A stretch of 64,000 nt of DNA, taken from positions 1-64,000 of the IMG/VR virus record IMGVR_UViG_3300009149_000023; one strand, 5' to 3'. The notes beneath the pieces are model-generated. The model did not search any database. It was not told where the DNA came from and saw only the letters and a list, made by a program, of their open reading frames with translations. Made by a program: the position numbers and the translations under genes. Positions within the stretch are counted from its first letter, which is position 1. The number at the start of each line of letters is the position of its first letter. Positions 29,454-38,880 of this stretch are shown piece by piece. The stretch is from a virus.

Positions 29454-29714
29454 ATGAAAGTTAGAACAGGTTTTGTTTCTAATAGTAGTTCTGCTAGTTT
29501 TGTGATAGAAGATTTTACTTACCATATAACAGTTGAGCAAACCTATGCGCTTCTTAACTGTCATGATAAAATAAACGATTGTTGGGAAGTAAATGTAAGA
29601 ACAGGAGAGCGTCCTGAACTTAGAGGACACACTTTTATGGATAACGGGGACATGAGTCAATTTATGAATAAGATAAAAATACCTAAAGAATGCGTAGAGT
29701 GGGATGAAGACTAG
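29454..29714 (+). CDS. Conserved small protein of the MKxRxGFVSNSSS family (unknown function)
   Basis: MKVRTGFVSNSSSASF N-terminal motif, RBS GAGG. Confidence 0.75.
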   Translation: MKVRTGFVSNSSSASFVIEDFTYHITVEQTYALLNCHDKINDCWEVNVRTGERPELRGHTFMDNGDMSQFMNKIKIPKECVEWDED

Positions 29715-29973
29715 TAACTTTAATTTCTTGCATCAAAGACAAATTGACTATACGTTTCAGCCTGTATTGTTTGGCAGAAGGGAGTCTGCTTTCACTGTCC
29801 TTTACTCATACAGTAGAACTTTTCATAAAAGAAAAATATTAACAAAAAGGTACTTTAGCCAGTTCACATTACTAAATAGAAAAGAAATAATGCATATAGA
29901 AAAGAGAAAGGATAATTGGTTACATACTTGTTTATTTTTTGTGAGGTTTAACGATGAAAGATGTTTGCCATGA
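29704..29973 (+). CDS. Small hypothetical protein
   Basis: 89 aa, overlaps both neighbours. Confidence 0.4.
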   Translation: MKTSNFNFLHQRQIDYTFQPVLFGRRESAFTVLYSYSRTFHKRKILTKRYFSQFTLLNRKEIMHIEKRKDNWLHTCLFFVRFNDERCLP

Positions 29974-30244
29974 TTGTATCCTACAACGTTATCTACTTAA
30001 ATCTGCAAAACATATAATGCCTGATACAACTGGACAGTGGGATGTAGTAATTGCTAAACCTTATAGTCCAGGTAATCCCGAGGAAGATGCAGAACTTACA
30101 CGTATTGTTAATAGAGAATGTTTTTTAAATACGATGTTTTCAGGAGTTATACAAGAAGTGATTACATATAGAAACGGAACTAAAATTACAGTAATAGAAC
30201 CCCGATTAGCTGTGAGGAGTATACATTGTCAACTACTCAAATAA
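29954..30244 (+). CDS. Small hypothetical protein
   Basis: 96 aa, RBS GAGG. Confidence 0.5.
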   Translation: MKDVCHDCILQRYLLKSAKHIMPDTTGQWDVVIAKPYSPGNPEEDAELTRIVNRECFLNTMFSGVIQEVITYRNGTKITVIEPRLAVRSIHCQLLK

Positions 30245-30573
30245 AGCCACGTGAGCAAATGAGTTTTATAGGAACGAATGATACACCTAGAGACTTTTGT
30301 CATATTATTACTGCAATATGTAAACCATGGTGGGTACGTAATCATCTTCGGTATGCTGTGGAACCAAGTTATACAGGAAGTGACTATGGTTTTTCTACAT
30401 TCTCTTCAAATGATCAACATATACTTGCAGCAGCTGATTGTTATTGTTTTGGTAATAGAGTTGAGATAAGGAGTTATGATTTTAATGAAGCTTATTCGAG
30501 GAATGAGTATGATTGCAAACCAGCTAATAGTCGCATAAGTTGGATAACGGAAAGAAGGTATATATGGTCATAG
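30226..30573 (+). CDS. Small hypothetical protein
   Basis: TTG start with RBS GAGGAG. Confidence 0.45.
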   Translation: MSTTQIKPREQMSFIGTNDTPRDFCHIITAICKPWWVRNHLRYAVEPSYTGSDYGFSTFSSNDQHILAAADCYCFGNRVEIRSYDFNEAYSRNEYDCKPANSRISWITERRYIWS

Positions 30574-30827
30574 CTTCGACTGATGTTTCATTGTTTCCTA
30601 CATGTAACATATCACGACAAGAATCTTCTCAACGATATTTAATAAGCTGTTTTTTACAAGCACGTGTTAATCGTCAGCAAGAATGGTTTAACCATGAGGA
30701 GCATTGCATTATGTATAGACGACTGTTTGGTTCAACCCGCCATCGGCTTATTTTAAGCAGTGTTAAAGGTGGCTATACACTAATAACATCTATATTTAAT
30801 AATGAGGGGAAGCGCGAGTATTTATGA
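30540..30827 (+). CDS. Small hypothetical protein
   Basis: ORF in tightly packed array; true start may be ATG near 30564. Confidence 0.4.
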   Translation: MDNGKKVYMVIASTDVSLFPTCNISRQESSQRYLISCFLQARVNRQQEWFNHEEHCIMYRRLFGSTRHRLILSSVKGGYTLITSIFNNEGKREYL

Positions 30828-31041
30828 ATGACATTGACAATCTTACATTTTTTAAATCCTTCTTTGTTCTAAATATGAACTAACACATTTTAGGAAGGTA
30901 AGGGCTATGAATACTAGATGTATAGAATTGAGTTGTGACACAGCAGCTGAAGCCCTCATAAGTTTTTATATATTTTCACATTCTTGTTTCATTATAGACA
31001 AGGGTGAAAAAAGCTCGATAGCACGAAGAAGGTTTTTATGA
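30824..31041 (+). pseudogene. Frameshifted paralog of the 31038..31265 gene
   Basis: MNDIDNLTFFK... stops early; the -1 frame reads ...CDTAAEALISFYIFSHSCFIIDKGEKSSIARRRFL, paralleling YDTAAEALISFYIFSHAAYIVEWCDKRAVEQRRFL. Confidence 0.6.
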
Positions 31042-31199
31042 ATGAAATTAACATAGACTACTTTACTGTAAAGTTTCAGAATGAGGATCGAAAATTGATA
31101 TATTTTAAAAGGGGACGAAGTTTTGAACATAACTGTCATACAGCAATTCTTTATGATACAGCAGCTGAAGCCCTCATAAGTTTTTATATATTTTCACAT
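30940..31199 (+). repeat. Perfect 42-bp direct repeat (30940-30981 and 31158-31199)
   Basis: ACAGCAGCTGAAGCCCTCATAAGTTTTTATATATTTTCACAT occurs twice, 218 bp apart. Confidence 0.9.
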
Positions 31200-31265
31200 G
31201 CAGCTTATATCGTTGAATGGTGTGACAAGCGTGCAGTAGAACAAAGGAGGTTTTTATGGGTTTAA
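31038..31265 (+). CDS. Small hypothetical protein
   Basis: 75 aa; has an adjacent degenerate paralog. Confidence 0.55.
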   Translation: MNEINIDYFTVKFQNEDRKLIYFKRGRSFEHNCHTAILYDTAAEALISFYIFSHAAYIVEWCDKRAVEQRRFLWV

Positions 31266-31807
31266 AAATAGCAAAGCTTTCTGAGAATTTTTATCAGAAA
31301 GAGGAATTACGATTCATTAAATACTGTTGCCAGAAATACTTAGATAAGAATCCTGGCTGGAGAGATGAGTTTGACGAACAATTTCATATTAGATTTTGTC
31401 ATCATATGTGTACATGTTGGATGGATGATAAATGGTTTGATGATGAAAACTTCCTGATACGTATGATGGGTATGTTATTTTGCGGCGTTCCAAGAATTGT
31501 TAATAACAAAGAAAGAGCTATGCAAGTATTGTCGGAGCTCTATAGCTTAACGCAGGATAGTTTAATTACCTTATCAGAATTAATAGGTGAATTATCCTAT
31601 AGAGTAGTAGAGGATCGTAAAGAGTTTAAGTTTCATGATTTGAATACTTACTACCTTAACAGTAGATTTGAATATATTTTTGAGATAGTAAAAACTCCTG
31701 CAATAGTTAGAGTACTTACTTTCCTAAAACCATACAATGAGCAAATGCATAAGATAGTAAAAAACGAACTCATAAAGGAAAGTGATAATGAGGTTATAGG
31801 AGCATGA
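31256..31807 (+). CDS. Hypothetical protein
   Basis: 183 aa, RBS AAGGAGG. Confidence 0.6.
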   Translation: MGLKIAKLSENFYQKEELRFIKYCCQKYLDKNPGWRDEFDEQFHIRFCHHMCTCWMDDKWFDDENFLIRMMGMLFCGVPRIVNNKERAMQVLSELYSLTQDSLITLSELIGELSYRVVEDRKEFKFHDLNTYYLNSRFEYIFEIVKTPAIVRVLTFLKPYNEQMHKIVKNELIKESDNEVIGA

Positions 31808-32073
31808 CTAAATCAATCTTTAACCATATCTCACACTCCTATATATTTCAGAATACTGCATTAAGTCAAAAGAAGTTTTCTGAAAGGATAGTAACAAGTT
31901 ACCCACACCATAGAAAAAGAACAGTAATCTTAGAGCTCACATTACATCAGATGATTATTGCTTATGCCTATCAATTTTTGTTTACTATTAGATGGTTTCC
32001 TTTAAAAGACCCTCGTCACTTAAACATAAGTCTCCTAAGGCCACACCTCTACAACTGGAAACACACTAAGTAG
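31804..32073 (+). CDS. Small hypothetical protein
   Basis: 89 aa, ATGA overlap, RBS AGGAG. Confidence 0.45.
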   Translation: MTKSIFNHISHSYIFQNTALSQKKFSERIVTSYPHHRKRTVILELTLHQMIIAYAYQFLFTIRWFPLKDPRHLNISLLRPHLYNWKHTK

Positions 32074-32117
32074 CCGTTTTGTATTAATATCTTATACATA
32101 AAGGGAGGGTTCATGAA

Positions 32118-32507
32118 ATGGCTTTAGGGTCCCACATAATAGTTGATTTAGAAAATTGCGACAAAGCTTTGCTTAACGATGCTACCTTTATTGAACAACT
32201 TCTAAAAGACGCTGTAGTTGTAGCAGGTGCTACCGAGTTAAATACTTATGTACACTCATTTAATCCGCAAGGTATAACGGGTGCTACTGTTTTAGCTGAG
32301 TCACATATCACTATACATACTTTTCCAGAGTTAGGCGTAGCTTGTTTAGACGCTTTTACTTGTGGAGATCATACCAAACCACAAGCAGCTATTGATCATA
32401 TGGCTAAAGCATTGAAAGGAACGATGAATGAAATAACTGGTCTTACTAGAGGGAAAGATTTTAAGTTTCTTACCGAAGAAGAAAGGAATGCTATAGTTTA
32501 TGACTAA
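32118..32507 (+). CDS. speD: S-adenosylmethionine decarboxylase proenzyme; frame continues past TAA to 32609 as an HTH
   Basis: GSHIIVDL, HSFNPQGITG, autocleavage LAESHITIHTFPE, LDAFTCG. Confidence 0.95.
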   Translation: MALGSHIIVDLENCDKALLNDATFIEQLLKDAVVVAGATELNTYVHSFNPQGITGATVLAESHITIHTFPELGVACLDAFTCGDHTKPQAAIDHMAKALKGTMNEITGLTRGKDFKFLTEEERNAIVYD

Positions 32508-32609
32508 GTACGAACTCTTAGGAAACAGGGTGTTAAGAGAAAAGACATTGCTAAGAAATTTAATATGCGTTATGAGATGATTTGGGCTATTTGCAAGGAT
32601 ACTACATAA
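32508..32609 (+). other. In-frame HTH-coding extension beyond the speD TAA
   Basis: LTEEERNAIVYD*VRTLRKQGVKRKDIAKKFNMRYEMIWAICKDTT*; ends exactly at the next gene's RBS. Confidence 0.65.
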
Positions 32610-32619
32610 AGGAGCACAC

Positions 32620-32979
32620 ATGACTGACCACTCACTTTCTTATAGTGAAAAAGATGGCTGCCTAATCTTTTCACTACAGGGGCCTCTTAATTATATTTCC
32701 TGTACTGTGCTAGAATCACAAAAACTTTACTTTGTTGAGAAAGCCGTGGAAGATAAAGTAAAAGCAATAATTATTGATTTTAGTGCTGTAGGCTATGTGG
32801 ATAGTGCAGGTATCTCTGTTTTGCTACAATACTACGCAGTTTGTAAAGATTTAAACATACCGTTAGCATTAATTTCAATGAATTCAATAGTATACAAAGT
32901 CTTTCGAATAACTAATTTAAATCGACTTTTCTTAATTACCAAGACTTATTCTGAAGCAATAGAATCCATTAATCAGTAG
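32620..32979 (+). CDS. STAS-domain anti-sigma-factor antagonist (SpoIIAA/RsbV-like)
   Basis: LQGPLNY, IIIDFSAVGYVDSAGISVL (phospho-Ser motif), VYKVFRITNLNRLFLI..TYSEAI. Confidence 0.9.
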   Translation: MTDHSLSYSEKDGCLIFSLQGPLNYISCTVLESQKLYFVEKAVEDKVKAIIIDFSAVGYVDSAGISVLLQYYAVCKDLNIPLALISMNSIVYKVFRITNLNRLFLITKTYSEAIESINQ

Positions 32980-32995
32980 TTTCTCCTCATAACGT

Positions 32996-33012
32996 AAAAA
33001 CACAACAATTGA
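32996..33012 (+). promoter_or_regulatory. Candidate phage-RNAP promoter motif AAAAACACAACAATTGA
   Basis: Intergenic, upstream of the tail-fibre operon; followed by small hairpin AAGTAGTAC-ACTTTA-GTACTACTT. Confidence 0.65.
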
Positions 33013-33065
33013 AGTAGTACACTTTAGTACTACTTTTTCTGTGTTTATTCAAGGAGGTTTACCTT

Positions 33066-33476
33066 ATGCCAGCAAGAGAATTTAACAAAGAGAAGTTAGC
33101 AGCTTACTCTAAAAAGAAGCTTCATCCCCGTCACATCTATTCAGAAATCACATTCGACATTGAAAAGTTACCTGAGGACATAGGTAAAGGTTATCAGGGA
33201 ATACTACTGTCTGACGGGTTTCCTATTATACACATTTCATACTTTGATTTCTTAGGACGTGTTGAGAAGAAAGCAGATGCTACGAAGTATATGACATACA
33301 TCACAGAAAAGTATAAAAGATTGGATGAAGTTTCTATTACAACTTGGGAGCTTCGCTCTCTTGTAGATGCAAAAGAACTTAGTCAAAAATTAATAGATGA
33401 GTTGCTTGATTCATATGTAATGTATTTGAGACTGCAAGTACAGTATAAACCAGAAGCTGAACTTAGTAATGCATAA
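33066..33476 (+). CDS. Hypothetical protein
   Basis: 136 aa, RBS AAGGAGG. Confidence 0.6.
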   Translation: MPAREFNKEKLAAYSKKKLHPRHIYSEITFDIEKLPEDIGKGYQGILLSDGFPIIHISYFDFLGRVEKKADATKYMTYITEKYKRLDEVSITTWELRSLVDAKELSQKLIDELLDSYVMYLRLQVQYKPEAELSNA

Positions 33477-33496
33477 TATAAAGGAGGAATACCTCG

Positions 33497-35635
33497 ATGT
33501 CTGACCAGAGTGCAATCCAACACAGATATCTAGATCCATTTGAAAAATTAACATCGGATACTACTAACAGGATTCTGATGGCTGTCTACCCAGACGGCAA
33601 AGGTTTGAAGACGGGACTAGAACTTTCAATTAACGGAACTGACCCTAGAGTAGTTGATGTTACACAAGGTGTAGCAATTAAGGACTTTGTAGTTATCAAC
33701 TACTTTGCGGACTTTACTATTACGTTCGATGAAGCAGTAGTACCTGATGATTACTATGTAGTTGTTCTGGAGTATAGATATCAGAAGATGTCTCCTCCTC
33801 CAATAGCAATTGTTAAAATCATTGAAGCAGCTGATTACTCTCCTTTATTTCATATTGTATTAGGAGTACTTCATGTAGCTGGTAACCAGATTGTAGGAAT
33901 TACCAACCAGCATCCAACTATTCCTGAAATAGTAAGACCTGCTGCCGCATTAAGTGATCATAATTCACTTCCAAACCTTCAGGGTGGCCTTGCAGTAAGT
34001 GAATACTATCATTTGACACAAGCTGAGTATGCAATAGTTCATCAATTGTTTTTAGATGGACAGTTAGATCATAACGAACTAACAGGCATTCAAGGTGGTG
34101 CTCCTGGTTCAGGTGGAAGTCCTGGAGAAAGATATCATCTAACATTATGGGAACATGATCATGTACAGCAAGCTCTTGCAGGAACTTGGAAGGTTCCTTT
34201 TGCTGACAAGCTAGATGATCATCCTGCTGCAGATTTTTCTTTAGTAACACATACTCATATACATAATAGTTTGTCAGATTTACAAGGCGGTAATGGTACA
34301 GATGAGTTTTATCACTTTACAGTTGACGAACATTCCGATCTTCAGGGTGTACTTGATGGAACCTTTGCAATAGACGATTCCTTACGACTTGGTGGAAAGC
34401 TTCCTAGTGAGTATGCAGATGCTATTCATAACCATGTGCATAATACATTGGACAATCTGCAGGGAGGGAATGGTACGGATGAGTTCTACCACTTCACTGC
34501 CTCAGAGCATGTTAATATCCTTGGGGTCCTTTCAGGCTCTTATAAAGCGTCTGATGCTGACTTACTTGATGGATTAGATTCTAGTGCATTTGCATTAGCT
34601 GTTCATACACATGTGCATAATGATCAGGTTGATTTACAAGGCGGCATATCTACTGAAAGATATCATTTAACATTAGCAAGCTATAATAATTTGCAAGGAT
34701 TGATTGCAGGAACTATCTCAGTTCCTAATGCAGACAAACTTGACGGCTATGACTCAACAGATTTTGCAACAGCAACTCATACACATACTCACAATAGTCT
34801 TTCCAACCTTCAAGGTGGTAATACTACTGAACGTTATCACGTGTATAGTAATTGGTACAATGCTATGCAGAATGCGACAACACCTTCAAGTACAAATCCA
34901 TTTATGACTATAAATGATTTGTCAGCTATCCAGCATAATGCTATTGGTGGTCTACAAGGTGGAACAACTAATCAGTATTATCATTTCACACAGGCACAGC
35001 ATACTGGCTTAACTGGCGGTGGAGATGCTTCTGCTTATCATAATCACAATACATGTTATTACACTAAAGCAGTAGCTGACAGCAGATACTTAAGAGTAGA
35101 TGGTTTTAATCCGATGCAAGGAAACCTTAACATGGGTAACAATCGCGTGCAGTATGTTGCTACTCCTGTAAGTTCTACTGACGGTGTAAACAAAGCGTAT
35201 GTTGATGGTTGGACTCCTTCAGCGATTTGTCATAATGAATTGACTAACATTCAGGGCGGTACATCAACAGAAAGATACCATATTAGATTAAATCAATATA
35301 ATATGCTCACAAACTCTAATGGAACTGTTGACGATGCTTCAACAATGCATCATCACGATAGTTGTTATTATACTAAGACAACTTCTGATGGAAGGTATCT
35401 CTTTGCAGCCGGTGGCTCAATGACAGGAACTCTAAATGCAAATAATAACAGAATTTGCGGACTTCCTTCATCACCTCTTACTGCAACAGAAGCTGTTTCT
35501 AAAGCATGGGTTGATTCCTTAGCAGGTGTTCCAACAGGAGCTGTTGTAGGTAAACAAACTAACGACGGCTTAACAGGTTTCGCAGCATTAAACATTCAAG
35601 ACAGTGCCGGAATGTGGTTGTACCAGAAATCATAG
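33497..35635 (+). CDS. Tail fibre 1 with His-rich HN.L..LQGG...YH repeats
   Basis: Repeats HxHxHNxLxxLQGGxxxExYH, ADxLDG motifs, MQGNLNMGNNRV..VATP...DGVNKAYVD fibre motifs. Confidence 0.8.
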   Translation: MSDQSAIQHRYLDPFEKLTSDTTNRILMAVYPDGKGLKTGLELSINGTDPRVVDVTQGVAIKDFVVINYFADFTITFDEAVVPDDYYVVVLEYRYQKMSPPPIAIVKIIEAADYSPLFHIVLGVLHVAGNQIVGITNQHPTIPEIVRPAAALSDHNSLPNLQGGLAVSEYYHLTQAEYAIVHQLFLDGQLDHNELTGIQGGAPGSGGSPGERYHLTLWEHDHVQQALAGTWKVPFADKLDDHPAADFSLVTHTHIHNSLSDLQGGNGTDEFYHFTVDEHSDLQGVLDGTFAIDDSLRLGGKLPSEYADAIHNHVHNTLDNLQGGNGTDEFYHFTASEHVNILGVLSGSYKASDADLLDGLDSSAFALAVHTHVHNDQVDLQGGISTERYHLTLASYNNLQGLIAGTISVPNADKLDGYDSTDFATATHTHTHNSLSNLQGGNTTERYHVYSNWYNAMQNATTPSSTNPFMTINDLSAIQHNAIGGLQGGTTNQYYHFTQAQHTGLTGGGDASAYHNHNTCYYTKAVADSRYLRVDGFNPMQGNLNMGNNRVQYVATPVSSTDGVNKAYVDGWTPSAICHNELTNIQGGTSTERYHIRLNQYNMLTNSNGTVDDASTMHHHDSCYYTKTTSDGRYLFAAGGSMTGTLNANNNRICGLPSSPLTATEAVSKAWVDSLAGVPTGAVVGKQTNDGLTGFAALNIQDSAGMWLYQKS

Positions 35636-35646
35636 GAGTAAGATAG

Positions 35647-38600
35647 ATGCCATCCCAAGACCTAATCCAAAGAAGGTCTTTAGACTACAAACAGCGAGTT
35701 ATATCAGATACAGTAAACTTAAAGTTTGCAGCATTAACAGTCTGGCCTGACAATGTTGTAATAGATGGTTTTGAACCAATTAAACTATCCAATACTAAGC
35801 TGAAAATTACTCCTGGTTATGGTTTAAAGGACCGTGTACTCATAACGTACATAGACAAGGTAGAAATAGATACTACCTTGCTTGCTGACGCAGATTACTG
35901 CGTGGTAATGCATTACGAACGGGATTTGGTAGAGCCGCCAAACGCTGCTGAAATAAAAACAATTACTTTAGCTGAATATCAAGCTAATAGCACTAAGTAT
36001 GTGTTCTTAGCATATCTTGAAGTAGTTAATGGTTTAATTGTTACTTTGCTAGATCATCATCCTACCATCAGTACCATCAGAGTTCCTAGATGGGGACACT
36101 CAGAACTATCAGGTCTCCAAGGTGGTAAGGTAACATAAAATGAATACTATCATTTATCTGAGGCTGAGCATACAGCCTTATCCTCTTTAGTTGTTTCTTC
36201 TACTTTAGATCACAATGCTGACCTTTCTAACATTCAAGGTGGAGACGTTGATGAATATTATCATTTTCTAGCAGATGAAGGGCTAGGCATCAGTGCTATT
36301 TTGTCAGACGATCAAGTTGCTTGGCATGCTAATTTTATCTATACAGATTTAGGCGGTTTTGTAAACGCTGACAAATTAGGGACATTATCTTCAACAGATT
36401 TAGCATTAGCTGTTCATACACATGAGCATAAAAGCCTTTCAGATCTACAAGGCGGTGTTGCGGATGAGTATTACCATTTTGATCAAACAGAACATGCAGG
36501 CTTACAAACTATACTGACATCCTCTGTTGTAGAAAATACTGAAAAGCTTGGAGGAAGATTAGCTAGTGATTTCGCATTAGCAATACACAATCATCAACAC
36601 TATAATTTATTAAATGTTCAAGGCGGTGCTGCTTTTCAGCAATTCCATCTTTCATTGAATGATAGAAATAGTATAAATGCTATTGCTAATGAAACTGTGC
36701 CTTTTCCTAATGTAGACAAGCTAGACGGAAAGGACTCAACTGGTTTTGCATTAGCAGAACATGTGCATAGCCATACTACTTCTTTTACAGGAAAGCAAGG
36801 TGGGACAACTAATCAGTATTATCATGTTAAGGCATCTTCTATCTCTTTCATAGCGAATGTTATTTCAGGAGCGCAGAAGATTCCTAACGCTGATCTTATA
36901 AATGGTAAGACAGCGGCAGATTTCGCCTTCTCAGGCCATACACATAATCATGGCAATATTAATAATACGCAAGGTGGCGTGTCTGGACAGAAATATCACC
37001 TTACTAAAAACTTTTATGATTCGTTAAGTGCTTCCAACAGTCCGAGTGCAACTAATGTTTTATTAACTAAATCTTTTGTTAACTCAAACAACCTTCAGCA
37101 TACTAATTTATTAGTGCAAGGTGGTCAGTATCATTTAACTAGTTCACAAGTAAATCTGTTAACTGGTGCTTTTGATGCTAGCTCGTTACACGTTCATGGA
37201 AGTAGCTATTATACAAAAACTTTATCTGAAGGCAAGTATGTTAATGTTACAGGAGATTCTATCCCTGTTAATAGTTTAAGTATTGGTAATCATAAGATTA
37301 CTAATTTAGCTATTCCTGTTAGTTCGAGTGATATAGCTTCAAAAAGTTACGCGGATACTAAACTTGCTGGATCTTTAAATCATAATCAGATAGCAGGTCT
37401 TCAGGGCGGTTCCTTTAATGATTACTATCACATAAAAAGTTCATCACTTACTAATTTAACAACAAGTATTGATGGATCGCTTGAACATTTGCATGCTAGT
37501 AGATACTATAAGAAGTCAGTTGCTGATACTACTTTTATAGATGTCGCTGGTGATACTATAACATCCAATCTTAATATGAATGGGAACAGAATTAATGTTG
37601 CTCCATTAGCAACAGATCCTACTGACATAGTTACTAAAAGCTATGTTGAGGCAGCAGGAGTAATAATTCCTACTGGCACATTGCTAAGACATACATCTAA
37701 CAATGCTACTGCTATGACTAGTAGTGGTTATGTACAAGTTAATAAAACAATATCTTTCCCTTCTCTAATAGCAGCAGGTTCTGCTGATACTCTTCACAGG
37801 CATGTGTATCCTGTAGGTTTTAGCCAGAAAGGCGAGGCTGCAAGATTAAATAGTTATACTGTTGCTAATAACAGTGCTGACTCTCATGTATTTATTGTAG
37901 TAAAAGAAGACGTCCTTGCCCCGTACGGAGGAATGTTATATCAAGTTTGGTATTGTTATGATGCTAACGTAGCAACAAATTCAGTATCACTTGTGCAGAC
38001 ATTTACAAGTGAGCCTGTTTTCCCCGGACCTGTAAATCCTCCTCCACCTGACCCTAGTTACCCAGTTCCTGCTTTCTTAACATTTGTAAAGATAGCTGGA
38101 AAGTATTATTCTGTATTTGCAAATAGTTTACAAGAAAGCACTGACTTGTTATCATGGACAGTAAAAGCAAGTGTAGGTAACTCGTCAGCGAAGTTAGCAT
38201 ATAACGCTGTAGACAATACTATCGGCATTATCACAGCGGCAGGGCAATTTACTCGATATGATATTAGTGCAGGTACAAAGCTCGGTCCTATAAACATGGG
38301 ACTAGCTGGAACATCTATTGCAAACTTTGATATATTCCCTGCTTTAAGTAATACAGGAAACATTGTAGGATTTTATGTCTATAAAAAGACAACAGGAGAA
38401 ATGATATTTATTAACATACTTAAAACAGGCGCAGCCTTACAGTATAAAAAGGTTTCCTTAGGCGTCACCCCTTCGGCAGGTAATCGTGACTTTACAATGC
38501 TTAACGGAAGTGCAGGACATTTCCATATGATGGGCTATCCAACTACAGGAGGGCTTAATACTATATTAGCTCCTTGCGTTTATACTCCTGGTTATAGTTA

Positions 38601-38865
38601 TGTTACAACATCTGTTGCCATTTCTAATTATGCATCCGCTGGTGTTTCTCAACATTACAGTGGTGGCTCTGCCTACGCTGTAGAAGTTGAACAAGTTGTA
38701 GGGCCTACTGATTACTTTACTTGGATAAAAGTACAAACAACAAAGTTTTCAGGTTCAAGCAATTATTCAGTTCCTGCGGTGTCAATGTCTGTTAGAGCAG
38801 ATACATCAGTTGTTAATGATAGAATGTTACTTGAGCAATCTAATTTTTATTATAAGAAGTTGTGA
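35647..38865 (+). CDS. Tail fibre 2, one reading frame interrupted by a single TAA at 36136-36138
   Basis: ORFs 35647..36138 and 36301..38865 share a frame; the gap translates to NEYYHLSEAEHTAL...QGGDVDEYYHFLADE, collinear with fibre 3; joined length 1072 codons vs 1050 aa for the paralog. Confidence 0.8.
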
Positions 38866-38880
38866 GGGAGGATACACTAA

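Noticed and set aside
30845-30860. Programmed -1 frameshift at ACA TTT TTT AAA
   Set aside because: The run is not phased as an X XXY YYZ slippery site and I saw no stimulatory structure; a simple indel is more likely
30940-31199. CRISPR mini-array
   Set aside because: Only two copies, 176-bp spacer, non-palindromic and protein-coding in both copies
16783-32100. CTTATACATA upstream of 16820 and of speD as an early promoter
   Set aside because: Two copies of an AT-rich 10-mer can arise by chance; needs genome-wide data
32500-32580. 26-aa ORF MTKYELLGNRVLREK... as the explanation for the speD-STAS gap
   Set aside because: Poorly spaced RBS and no recognisable pattern; the speD frame gives a coherent HTH that ends at the next RBS
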